Shown: piece by piece, positions 13,594-25,290 of the stretch
How positions within the stretch are numbered: position 1 is the stretch's first letter
Layout: each line of letters opens with the position of its first letter
DNA from: Eledone cirrhosa
Taxonomy: Eukaryota
Reading direction: 5' to 3'
DNA: 64,000 nt
NCBI GenBank assembly: GCA_964016885.1
Contig: OZ024743.1
Location: forward strand, 111,724,001-111,788,000
Made by a program: the position numbers and the translations under genes
The notes under the pieces: model-generated
The model's database searches: none
What the model was told of the DNA's origin: nothing
The model's input: the letters and a program-made list of their open reading frames with translations, nothing else

Positions 13594-14430
13594 TTAGATG
13601 GCTAGACATTTTTGTCCTACATTGGTTTTAACGTTGAGTGAGAAGGGAGGAGAGAACCAGATAGCTTCTCTATTGTTGCGCTTACTTTTCTTAATGGTGT
13701 TGTTGCTAGTGGGAGAGTAAGTGATTGGTTTTGAGAAGCCGCTGTTAGCCAACGCCGTGTTGAAATAGGGTGCCGCCCTCCCAGAGATAGCCTTATTAGA
13801 GGAGAGGTTCGAGATTCTAGTACTGATATTCTTAACGAAGTTTTTAAAAGTAGTGAGAGGGTGGCATGAGTCCTTGTGAATGTAATTGAGTTTCTTGTTT
13901 AGCTTATGGAAGGGTCTGTGGGTGGGTGTTAGAAGGTCTGAATTAATGTCTAAGAAATCTACGCTAGAGGGGTTGGTGGCTACTGTTATTCTAAGTCGTA
14001 ACTCATTGAAGATAGAAGCTAAGTCTTTTTTAAACCGATCGAGATCGTGACCACTTTTATGGCTCGATAAAGTCAGTCCATCGTCGCGGTATATTACCGT
14101 GTGGAAGTCCGGGAATCTAAAACGTAATATGTCTGAGATAAATAGGCCAACCAAATCACATACGTCAGCACTGTCAAACATTCCCATGGAGACATCGAAT
14201 AGGTCTGAGGTTGTAGACTTCTTTGTCCAGGCTACTCCGTCGTTAAAGAGGAGGGTTTTCCGGCAGTGAGAGATGATTTCCCAGTCTAAACCATCGACGG
14301 TGATATAAGTGGTAGCGAAGTTCAACGCTTTGTTTAACAGGGTCTCTGATATCGACGGGTAGAAATCGACAATGTCAAACTGTGTGAACTTCGCTTTTTT
14401 GGATTTTAAGGAGTTAAACCACTTAATTAA
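13594..14430 (-). pseudogene. PLE reverse transcriptase fragment
   Basis: YRDD catalytic motif and PLE-type RT motifs; N-terminus replaced by the inverted copy; premature stop at 13594. Confidence 0.85.
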
Positions 14431-14435
14431 GAACA

Positions 14436-15143
14436 TCAAGGCACACATCACCAGCAGCCCAAGGAACAACACCCCACCAGGGTGCTCTTGCCCTCAGCCC
14501 GAAGCTTTCCGCCTTCAACAGCAATGCAACACACCAGCTCTAATTTATGAGACTGTGGTCACTTCCAACCGACCAAACGAACCACAGGAGGTCAAATCCT
14601 ATGTGGGCTTGGCGGAGGGCAGATTTAAGGAATGTTTCCTGAACCACCAGTCTACCTTCAGGTACGCGGACAGACGTTGATCCACGAAACTCGCGAGCCA
14701 CGTATGGTCCCTCAAGGACTCAAGTATAGACTACTCCATCCAATGGACAGCCATCACTAATTGCCTAAACACGAGATATGAATGTTTCACACGTTGTCCA
14801 CACGTCGCCAAACACCTATTGAATAATTACAAAGCTCCGGACTGATTCCTTGTAATTTTATTTTCAACTAAATATTTTCGAACTTTCGCAGTTATCTCCC
14901 TTACACCTATCGCACGCATTCTAGTATTGCCTGTGTGAGGTGACCGGGTTTCTACGCATGTGCGTTCGTACGGTTATCCTTCCTTTTCCTATAACCATGC
15001 CCATTACGGGCTGAGGATCCGCTAAGGTGAAACAATTGTTCTCGGTATGGTGAACTAACTGTTGTGTAACTACTTCTACCTAACTCATCCCATGCACTAA
15101 GTGCTCTACCACTACGGATATTACCTTCCGGTGTTCCACCACT
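14436..15143 (+). mobile_element. Inverted partial copy of the same PLE (Cys linker, GIY-YIG, pLTR, 3' extension)
   Basis: CSCPQPEAFRLQQQCNTPALIYE..KSYVGLAEGRFKECFLNHQSTFR. 14760-15077 is the reverse complement of about 12798-13120. Ends in (TA)n. Confidence 0.9.
15001..15050 (+). ncRNA. Type I hammerhead ribozyme variant (inverted pLTR copy)
   Basis: CCATTACGGG-CTGAGGA-TCCGCTAAGGT-GAAACAATTGTT-CTCGGTATGG; same fold as 12824-12873. Confidence 0.6.
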
Positions 15144-15218
15144 ATATATATATATATATATATCGTTTCTGAATTCGTTTAGCAAGATTCTTCATCTGAA
15201 AACGTGTCTTGAAACCGA

Positions 15219-15695
15219 TATTGTTATACGTTGCGAGGGTCATGTTGCCAATAGGAAATGCACCAAAATTAAATAGAAAACATGAAAATAATAGCAACAC
15301 CGCAACTTACAATTAAGGACAAAATGAAAACAAACAGTATAGAACAAACGACCAACTAGTAACTTGTAAATAAACAAATAAATAAACAAATAAAAACACA
15401 CACAGACACCCGGATTTAACACATGCGCAAACTAAGCATACAACACACACACATAAACAAGATGGCGTAGGACAGAACAAAAGAGAGTTACAAAACACAG
15501 AAAAGAATCCCCGGTCACTGATGAGGTCACAGAATGTGTGACGAAAGAACTTTGACAATATATGAACAACCGTCCGGTTGTGGAACCAACCAACCAACCA
15601 ACCGGAAATCTATAAATTTCTTAAATTTACAATTTAATTTATAATAAAATGGAGTGAAATCACTGGTGCGTGTGTTACTTATTGGCAACATGACC

Positions 15696-15698
<3 letters not shown>
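15219..15698 (+). mobile_element. Non-coding PLE 3' end (family of 670-1575) with a short inverted copy of its own terminus
   Basis: 15275-15698 aligns with 1130-1558; 15219-15264 is the reverse complement of the family 3' end. Confidence 0.75.
15514..15556 (+). ncRNA. Minimal type I hammerhead ribozyme
   Basis: GTCA-CTGATGA-G-GTCACA-GAATG-TGTGAC-GAAAGAACT-T-TGAC; differs from 1366-1408 only at variable core position 7. Confidence 0.7.
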
Positions 15699-15740
<42 letters not shown>

Positions 15741-17064
15741 GGTGTTATCATTAGCATCATTGTCATATTTTCGTCTCCGACAGTATCAGCTCCGGCTACA
15801 TCACCACCATCATCATCTCATCTCCATCATCATCACCAACTTAGTCTTAATTTTCATCGATATTATTGCCTTTATCAAAATCGCCCTCATCATTTGCAGT
15901 AGCAAAACAAGGTAGGATAAAAAAAAAATGAGGTAGTTTGCAGCTTCATCGACTGCAACAATGTCAGCAACTGTAGTAATAATGAACAATAGCAGCAGCA
16001 GCAGCAGCAGCAGCAGCACAACTGTTGCTGCAACTTCCACGTTGGCAGCAATATCACCAACATCAATAACTACAACAATAGCAGGAGCAGCAATAGCAGT
16101 AGTGTCAACTTTCAAATTCAGCAGTTACTGAAGAATCGAAGATTTGTTGAAAGCGAAGCGAGTATTGGTCTTCGGAAAATCGATCTTTGCATGTGGCCTT
16201 TTCGTCGATCATTCGTGAACTTTTGCTGCTAATGGTTTTATTGTTGTTTTAGTTGTTGTTCCTTTTATTGACGTTGTAGTTATTATTATTGTTTTCCTAT
16301 TGTTGTTGTTGGTGATTTTGGTGTGGTTAATGTGATGGTTAGTGATGCTGTCATAGATGTCTTAAGTTATTTTCGTTTCTGTTGGTGTTGCTGTTGTTTT
16401 CTCAGTGTTGTGGGTATGGATAAACCCCGCCATTGTGATATTGTGATGTGACTCACATCATGTGAGTGTTGTTTATTGTAATTATGAGTGTTGGTGTTAT
16501 AGTTATTTGTTGTGTGTTCTTTTCATTTGTTTGTGTTCCTGCTGTTGTTGTTTTACTATTCGTGATGGTGGTAGTGATGTTGTTGTTGTTGGTAGTGGTG
16601 GTCGTGGTGTTGGTAGTGGTGATGGTGATGGTGGTGGTAGTAGTAGTGTTTTGGGGGATGTTGGTGTTACGCTGAGTGTTATTCTGGTTGTTAGTTTTGG
16701 TGTTTGGTGTAACTATTAATGCTGCTGTTAAAATTGTCTTGCGTTCTATTCATTTCCTATGGAAATACTGTGGTTGTTGATAGCGATGTACATAGTGTTG
16801 ATGGCGATGATTGTAGTTGTGTTGATGGAGGTCGATTGTAGCCATGTTGATGGATGTGATTGTGGAAGTGGTGGTTGTTCTTTTGTGATGTCAATGTTGT
16901 TTATTTTAATTGTTAGTGATGCAGTTATAGTTGTTTGTCTTCTGTTATTTTCATTTCTATTGGTGTTACTGCTTTGTGTTATTTTCTGATGCTGGTGTAG
17001 TGTTGGGTATGAGTGTGTTGCTCTGATGTTAGTAGTGTTATTGTTATTATTAGTATTGCTGTTA

Positions 17065-17280
17065 GGGCGGAGAATTTGCAGTTTCGGTAGAGCCTCGTAC
17101 ATGTTTTAATGCATATAGTTACGCCCCTTTGCGTTCGAAGTTCAAATGCTGCCGAGGTTAGCTTTGCCTTTCATCCTTATGCGCTCGATAAAATACAGCA
17201 CCAGTAACGCACTGGAGTCAATTTAATCGCCTTTACCCTCCCCCCCAATTCTCAGCCTTGACCTAAATCAGAAACCGTTA
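17065..17280 (+). mobile_element. SINE family A
   Basis: GGGCGGAGAATTTGCAG..GTTCAAATGC..GCCTTTCATCC..AGAAACCGTTATT. Confidence 0.8.
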
Positions 17281-17844
17281 TTAGTATTAATGTTATATTT
17301 ATCTTGCTTTTGACAATTTTGTTTCTGTTAGTGTTACTGGTGTTGTTAATAGTTGCGTTGGTAAATTTCGTGCCAATGGCTTCGCAGATAATGTCATTAC
17401 AACTATGAATTTGACTTCTTTTGTTGCTAATATTGTTATTATTGTGGTAGTAGTTATTACTCTTGATTTGTTGTTGTTGTTGTAGTTAATTCTCTTGTTT
17501 TCTTCTTATTATTGCTGTTGTTCTGTTACTGCTGTTTTCGGAGTTGTCTTCAATTTTGGCCGCTTTCTTTGTAAAAGAAGCAGCATGTTTTGGTTAGAGT
17601 GTATGCTATTGTTGCTATAAGTTTTGTTCTGTTAATGTTGTTTAAGCTGTTGTTATTGCTGGCGATGTCGTCGCTGTTATTGCTGACTATAGTAATGATG
17701 TGTATCATTTCTGTTTTAAAATTTTATTTTTGCTATTATTGTTGTTTGGTAAACTCATAATTATGTTTGCTGTTTTGCTGTTGATATTGCAGTTGCTGCT
17801 TTTGTTAAGGTTGTTCATGGTATTGTTGTTAATACTGTGGCTGT

Positions 17845-18025
17845 TGCTTAGCTCCCCTGTCAGTCCGGATTGAGCAGACATTTTCACAAAGGCCATCCAC
17901 TTTTGACAATCACGTAATTTAAGTCGATTGAGTACTGTTATTGAATGTGATTTGCCTCCGATTTCTAACAGGATGAGCAACCAAATTGAGGCTTCATATT
18001 TGGCCCGAGATCGTTTAACGATGTT
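17845..18025 (+). mobile_element. Probable SINE of a third family
   Basis: Complex island inside low-complexity DNA with TTTGCCTCCGATTTCTAACAGGATGAGCAACCAAATTGAGGC, which I recall from cephalopod interspersed repeats; single copy here. Confidence 0.4.
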
Positions 18026-19059
18026 TTAGTTCTTATTGCTATTGTTCTTCATGGTGACGTTTTCATGGTTGCAATGTTAATGATAATGTAGATGATGATG
18101 ATGTATTTCCTGCTGTAACGATGTTGGTGTAGCTGATGGTGTGATTTTTTCATTGCTGCTATTTTTATGTTGTCATTTCCACCATATTGATGGTGTCTAT
18201 AAGGGCTATGGGTTGGCAATGGTTATGATGGTGTTATCATTGTTATTATAGCTAGGAATGTCATTTGGATGATGATAATGGTGACATATTTGTTGATTAT
18301 GATCGTGGTGGCATTGATAACGATGGTTTCATTGCTACTATAAGAGTACCGCTGGTGATGATAGTCCTGGTGTTGGTGGTGATGGTGGTGATTTTGTTGA
18401 TGTTGTTGTTTGTTGTGGCTATGGGTAGGTGATGGAGGTAGTGAGGTGATGGTGGTGGGGGAGGTGATGGTGGTGGTGAGGTGATGGTGATGTCGATTGT
18501 AATATTGGTGAGATATTTCTATTTTGTCTTATAAATATTGTTGTTTGTTTTGTCGTACGTTAGCTATGTTATTGCTATTGCTACTGCCATCCTCCTCGTT
18601 GCTGTTATTGCTGTTGCTGATGTTGTTGTTGTTGTTACAGCTGTTATAATTTAATTTCTCGTTATAACAATTATTGTTGTTGTTATAGATGTTACTGTTA
18701 GAGTCGATCATATTCTTTATTGCTATTTTAGTAACGTCTTGTTATTGCATTCAACTACCACACATCGCCATTGTATGTGGTTATACCATCTCTTGACATT
18801 ATTCGTGTTGTTTTGCTGGTGATGGCGTTTTTGTTGTTGCGCTGTTGCTGACACCATGCTTGTAGACGCTGTTGTTGCTTTAGCCGCTATCTTTCTTCTA
18901 GTCAATGTTGTGGTTGTTGTTATTGTAGACATTTTTGTTCCAATTTGTTGTTTTTTTTTGTTTTTTTGTGGTCGTTGTCGATATCGTTATTGTCGTTGTT
19001 TCTATCGCTGTTGTTGCTGTTGTTGGGATTGTTTTTGTTGTTGTTATTGTTATGGTTAA

Positions 19060-19510
19060 GGGCGGTGGATTGGCAGTATAGGTAGAGGGTTGGACGGCGT
19101 GCTTTCAAGCATAGAGTTACATCCCTTTACGAACTGAGTTCAAATCCCGCCGAGGCTAACTTTGCCTTTCATCCTTACGCTGTCGATAAAATAAAGTACC
19201 AGTAATGTACTAGCAAATTGCTCGCCTTGTGCCGAAAGTAGAAACAGTTATTTTTTATATTGTCGTTGTTGTTGTCATTGTTGTTATCGATGTATGGTGG
19301 TGGATTGGGTGTATTGGTAGAGCGTCGAACATATTTTGCAGCATATAATTACGGCCCTGTACGTTCTTAGATCAAATCTCGCTGAGGTTAGATTTACCTT
19401 TCATCCTTACTAGTTTGACATAATAAAATACCAGTAACGCACAGGGGTCAATTCAATCGACTTTGATGTTCCCTTCCAATACCTGGCCTTCTGCCAAATG
19501 AAGAAATTAT
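19060..19510 (+). mobile_element. Two consecutive SINE family A copies (19060-19250, about 19295-19510)
   Basis: Both show the family head, B-box-like motif, core and tail. Confidence 0.85.
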
Positions 19511-20058
19511 AATTATTGTTGTTGCTGTTGTTGTTCATGTCGTAATTGTTGTCATAGCTGTCACTGTTATTATAGTGGTTGTTGTCGTCGTAATAGTTGC
19601 TGTTGCTATTTTCATTGTTGATGTTGTTTTTGTGGCCATTGTTGTTGTTGCTATTCTTGTTTTTATCTTTGTTTTTGTTGTTGGTGTTGTCGCAAACTTC
19701 GTTTATTTTCAGAGGTCGGAGTTGTTTTGTTTTTCTTGATATCGCAGTTGTTCTTGTTCTTAAAGTCATCGTTGTTTTTATTATCGTTGTTGTAGTTATT
19801 GTTGTCGTTCTTGTGCCTATTATAACTGTTGTTGTTGTCTACCTTGTGGTTTTCCTTTTTGAGATTTTGTTATCTATATTTTATGCTGCATTTTTATTGA
19901 TACCTTTCGCACAGTTGATTGTCTTACTGTTGCTAAATTGGTTGCTAATTTGGTTGGTGTTGTTGCTGCTACTGCTGCTGCTGCTGCTGCTGCTATTGTT
20001 GTTGTTGTTGTTGTTGTTGTTGTTCTTGTTGTTGTTGTTGTTGTTGTTGTCGTTGTCG

Positions 20059-20127
<69 letters not shown>

Positions 20128-21902
20128 CCTTTGTTATGACTACGATTGCTGCCGATTCGCTTTTGGCTGCTGTGGTTCCTGTTGATTCACTTCTCGTTTC
20201 GGTTGTTGTTGATTGCCTTGTTCTTACTGCGGTTGCCATAATTACTCCTATTGCTGCAGTGGCTGCAGTTGTTACTGTTCTTCCCTTTGTTGCTATGCTC
20301 TCTGCTGTTGCTAGTGTCGCTGTTATTGAGGATGCTATTGTTCGTGTTTATGGTTTTGTTATTACTATTCTGTTGTTTTAATTGTAGTTGCTTTTGTTGT
20401 TTTAATTGTAGTTGTTATTGTTTCCGATATTATCGTTTCTATTTCCGTTGCAACCGTTGTTGCTATTGTTCTAGCTATTGGGCTTTCATTAGTTGTTTCT
20501 ATTATGCTTGAAATGTTTGTAACTATTCGGTTGCTATTGCGCTTGCAGTTCTTGTTGCTATTGTGTTTGCTATTGCTATTACTATGTTGGTTGATGTTGT
20601 AATTGTCATTGTTCATTCTACTGAGCCTGTTATTGTTGGTACTATGCTTTTTCAATATTATGGTTGCTATTGTGCATGCTATATTGTTACTAGTGTGCCT
20701 TTTATTGTTGTTACTAATCTTGTTGTTATAGTTGTTTCTATTGTTGTTTCCATTGAAACTGCTATTGTGTGTTTTACTATTGTAGCTATCGTGGTGGCTA
20801 TTGAGGTTGCTATTGTTTTCGTTGTTGCTAATGTCAAAGTTTGTCTTCTCGGTTTGCTGCCGTTCTTTGCTATTCATTTAGCGATTACTGTTGCTATTTT
20901 AAACTTCATATTCTTAATTGCATTGCAGTTGTCGTTTATGTTGATGTAGGAGATCTTGGTATTGGTGACGCTGTAAGCGGTGTAGTTACTGGTAGTGATT
21001 GTGTTAATAGTGTTGGCGGTGGTGTTGCTGCTGGAGATGGCGATGGAGTTATAGAGGATAATACTGTTTTAACTGCGTCGGTTTTTATTCATGATGCAGT
21101 TGCTGTTGCTATTTGTTTATTATTGTTGATACGGACTTTTCTTTTTATATTTCTCAACGTAGTTTTCCTTGCGACATTTAAAACCTATTGTTGTTATTGT
21201 TGTTGTTGCTACTTTCTCTGTTTGTTACTGTTGTTGTTGTTTTCATATTGTTCTAATTGTTACTGCCGCTGTTGCATTTTTGTTGCTGTTATTCTTCCAA
21301 TCTCGGTGCAGTTACTTATGCAGTTATCCCTACGACTCTGTATTCTGTGACCAATGCAGCCATTCATAGTGTCATTATTTCACCGGGATCAATATGTCAA
21401 ATGACACAATCTGGTGTAGTACGGAGTGGTGTAAGACGATGGTAAGTAACGATGAAAGAGCTAAGGTAGAAATAGGAAAGAGAGAATGAGTGTGAGTGAA
21501 AGGAGGGGAGGTAGTAGTGGTAGGAGAGAGTTGAGAAGAAAAAGAAAGAGAAAGAGAGAAAGAGAAAGAAAAATATAGAAAAAAGGAGGGAGAAAATTGA
21601 GCGACGCAAAAAGAGAAATTAGAAAACATTTCGAAAGTGATGAGATGGAACAGTAGGATTCTTCCTCCTATTACGGCAAATCATAGCTGTGTTTCTCTCC
21701 AGTGATGTTGCTTAATCTCAGTCAGCCATGTTGGAATAGACATGTTTAACAGCATTTAACCCCGAATTGAACTGTTTTCGATTTATTTAAACTTAGATAG
21801 ATTATATGGATCTCCATCGTTTTCGGTGATGATTCCTCAGTTGTTTGCTCAACTGAATTAGTTTGGTCGTCAGTATAGTGTTGCAGATGTTTAACATAAT
21901 AA

Positions 21903-22005
21903 TCGTTTCTACTTTTGGCACAAGGCCAACAAAATACAGTACATTACTGGTACTTTATTTTATCGGCTCCGTAAGGATGAAAGGTAAAGTTAACCTCGGC
22001 GGGAT
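21903..22005 (-). mobile_element. SINE family A, 3' half, minus strand
   Basis: GTTTCTACTTTTGGCACAAGGCC...GGATGAAAGGTAAAGTTAACCTCGGCGGGA is the reverse complement of the family consensus. Confidence 0.85.
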
Positions 22006-22966
22006 AATGATTTAAGCTTTAGTCTGAAGGGCAGAAATTTAAAGGAAGGGAAAATTCGAGTATATCACACCGTATACTGTTCTGCTGCCAATGTTTAACA
22101 ACCCAACTTGGAAGAGTATCAAACGTAACTTCAGTTGGATTTGAAGCCAGAGCGTATGTCATAACCAGAACCCGCAAAGCATTTTGTCCAATCGCGAAGG
22201 AGTCAGCCAATTCACCAGCCTATGTCATTATGTATAATTTCAACTTTAGACACAAGGCCAGCTATTTAAGGGAATGGTAAGGTCTAGTGCATCGATACAA
22301 AACGTAACTGGCTCTCTATATTCTCCAGGATGGAAGAGTAAAACTAATGTTTGCAAGGAAACTACTGAGAATAATAACAGCAAGATGATGTTCTTGTAAG
22401 AGGTGGTGGTGAAGTTTAATTGTATTCGTTGCAGTTTTGAAGATGACCGCGGCGTGTTACTTGTTGTTGATGATGCTGCTGATAGTAGTGGTGGTCATGG
22501 GATTAGGGTGTGTGTTGTTGATGTTGGTGATTTTTGTTTCAATGTTGGTGATGTAATTGAGGTGCGAAAGACAATGGTTGCGTAAATGTGCCTGTAGCGA
22601 TAGTAATGTTGTTGTATTGGTAGTCATAGTGATTATGATGGTGATAACGATGTCAAAAGAGGTAAATTATCGTGGCTGTGACCAGCTGCCACTGCTGCCA
22701 CTGATGATGATGAGGATGATGATGATGATGAGGAGGGGGATAGCGTTGATGGTTGGGAAAGAGAATGTTAAAGGATGAAAAATTGATGATTGCGATAACG
22801 ATGATGAAGAATATAGTGATAATGATGATGACGATGACGATAATGATGATGATGAAGATGACGTTAATCATGTTAACGATGAGGGCAATGATGATGAAAA
22901 TATGAAAGTGGAGGAGGAATTGATGGAATATGGTGATGGTGGGATTATTATGGTGAAGAGATTGAA

Positions 22967-23163
22967 GGGCGGTGGATTGGCAGTATCGGTGGAGGACCGG
23001 ACGCCATGCTTGGCAGCATCGAGTTACGGTCCTTTACGGTCGGAGTTCAAATCCCGCCGTGGTTAAACTTTGCCTTTACATCCTTACGGGGTCGATATGA
23101 AATAAAGTACCAGCAATACACTGGGTTAATTGCTGGCGTTGTGCCAAAAGTAGAAAGAATTAT
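22967..23163 (+). mobile_element. SINE family A, full length
   Basis: GGGCGGTGGATTGGCAGTATCGG...GTAGAAAGAATTATT. Confidence 0.85.
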
Positions 23164-24904
23164 TATGATGAGGAAAAGGAGGAGTAAAAGGAAGCGTCGG
23201 GCGAAGTACGAAGGTGATGGAGGACGACGACGATGACAAAGATGATGATGATGAAAGGGAGGATGAAGGGGATAAATAAAGAGAAATGGAGGAAGAACGT
23301 TGTTCTTTCTTTTTCACAATCATCATCTTTGCAGTGATAATAAAGTTATTATAACTGGTGGTGACAGCAGATTTAGCGATGGTTGTAATGGCGGTACTCA
23401 TCATTGTAAAAATGAAGTTGGCGGTGATGGCGTAAACAGATATATTACGGAGTTGATGGTAATGGTAATGGTAGTATTAGTAATTGGACGGCGTGTTGTG
23501 CTAATGGCGGTGCTGGGATATAGTAGTGCATTGTAGTGCAGTGTATGTTGAAATAGTGGTAAAGGTAATGGTGATATGTTTTACTATTATTTTTGTTATA
23601 GTGTTGTTTTTGTTGTTTTTGTTGTTGTTGTTGTTGTTGTTGTTGTGTTGTTGTTGTTGCTGAAACACAAAAAATAAACAAAAGATAAAACAAAACAAAG
23701 AAATTGTTAAAAAGAAATTTAAAAATAAAATAAAAAAAAGAGAGAGATTAATTTTGAACCACGCATTTTCTTGCTGCCAACACATACACGCACCGTAACT
23801 GACAAGGAATTCAATTATTGACTTGTATTGATTTGATTAGTCCAGCCTGAAACATAGATAATGTTCCCTTGTTGTTCGTCGTGTGCTGCTCTGTTGTCAG
23901 ATTCTCTGCTGCCTTCTTTTCCGCCATCTTCTTTCCTCTTGTTTCACGTTTTCTTTGCCACCATTTTATTATTTATTTATTTATATATGATGTTTTGTTT
24001 CGTCACATTTTCAATGATTTTTGTTTTGTTTCTTTTTTTATTTTGATTATATTTTTCCGTGTATTTGTCGCTTCCTCTTCCTCACAATCTTCTTCTCATT
24101 TCTTCTCCCACTCCTTCTCTCTTTCTTCCTCGTTTACCCCCTTTTCTTTACTCCTCCTCATACTCCTGATCATACTCCTCATCATCTCTTCTCTCTTTCA
24201 ATTTCAGATTCCCAACCCCTCTCAACTTCCTCATATGCCCTCCTCTTCCTTCTTACTACTCCTCATCATCTCATATCTCTCAGATGCTGCTACCCAATCC
24301 CCCTCATCTTCCTCCTATTTTCCCCCTCTTCCTTCTCCTACTCCTCATATTCCTCATCATAACATCTCTGTCCATTTCTACTTCCCAATCCCCCTCTCAT
24401 TCCTCTTATTTTCCTTCATCTTCTTTCCTACACCTCATACTCCTCATCATCTCATCTCCCTTCCATATCTACTTCCCAATCCTACAACTTCCTCATATTT
24501 TACTTTCTCTCTTCCTTCTCCTACTCCTCATACCCCTCATCATCTCATCTGGCTCACATTCTGTTTCCAAATCCACCTCCCCTTCCTCCTATTTGTCCTC
24601 TCCCTTATCTTCCGGTTTTTCCTTGTCCTCTTTCTACACCACGTTGAGTTCACATATATGTTATTGTCATTTGTTACTTTACTTCAATATTCTTGTATAG
24701 TCTTTGTTGCTGTTGTTGCTGTTGTTGCTGTTGTTTCCTACGTTTCTCTATGTATTTTTACATTTATTTGAAATCGTTGCATTTGTATTTCATGTTCTTT
24801 TCTTTGGGATTTTCTTTATTATTGTCATGTTATACTTACACAAAAATAGATAAGAGAGAGTTATATATGTATATATATATATATGTGTGTGTGTATGTGT
24901 GTGT

Positions 24905-24941
<37 letters not shown>

Positions 24942-25002
24942 TGTGCATGTGGCTATGCGTGTGTCTGTGTGTGTATATGTATATGTGCGTGTGCATGTGT
25001 AC

Positions 25003-25054
25003 GTTTGTGGATGGTTGTGGACGTATTAAGTCATATAAATACACACATACCAAC

Positions 25055-25142
<88 letters not shown>

Positions 25143-25214
25143 CTATATATATGTGTGTATATGTTGGTCTATGTGTATTAATATGACTTAATACGTCCAC
25201 AACCATTCACAAAC
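25003..25214. repeat. Inverted repeat centred on a (TA)n tract
   Basis: GTTTGTGGATGGTTGTGGACGTATTAAGTCATAT.. (TA)n ..ATATGACTTAATACGTCCACAACCATTCACAAAC. Confidence 0.9.
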
Positions 25215-25226
25215 TATATATATATA

Positions 25227-25290
<64 letters not shown>

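Larger units (their letters stand above)
12796..14435 (-). mobile_element. Neptune-type Penelope-like element, 5'-truncated (RT + GIY-YIG + pLTR)
   Basis: ORF 13594-14472 has FDIVDFYPSI, FDVSMGMFDSADVCDLVGLFI, IYRDDGL, SVDFLDI, YIHKDSCHP and IWFSPPFS. GIY-YIG remnants continue in broken frames to about 13050. Confidence 0.9.
15740..24740. repeat. About 9 kb of degenerate trinucleotide low-complexity sequence (GTT/GCT/ATT/GGT/GAT, then CCT/CAT)
   Basis: Continuous cryptic 3-nt periodicity, near-pure (GTT)n at 19997-20125 and (GCA)n near 15990-16018; interrupted by SINEs. Confidence 0.9.

Noticed and set aside
1130-15698. Direct repeats 1130-1558 and 15275-15698 as LTRs of one 14.5-kb LTR retrotransposon
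   Set aside because: No TG..CA ends, PBS, PPT or gag/integrase; they are independent PLE 3' ends with hammerheads.
19597-21350. Long hydrophobic ORFs resembling membrane proteins
   Set aside because: Arise from stop-poor degenerate GTT/GCT/ATT triplet repeats, open in several frames at once.
21325-21440. PHD-finger-like peptide SVFCDQCSHS*CHY
   Set aside because: In-frame stop and wrong Cys-His spacing; kept only as a generic exon candidate.
23869-24771. 300-aa Ser/Pro/Leu/Phe-rich ORF
   Set aside because: Pyrimidine-rich low-complexity tract is stop-poor by composition; overlapping frames are open too.
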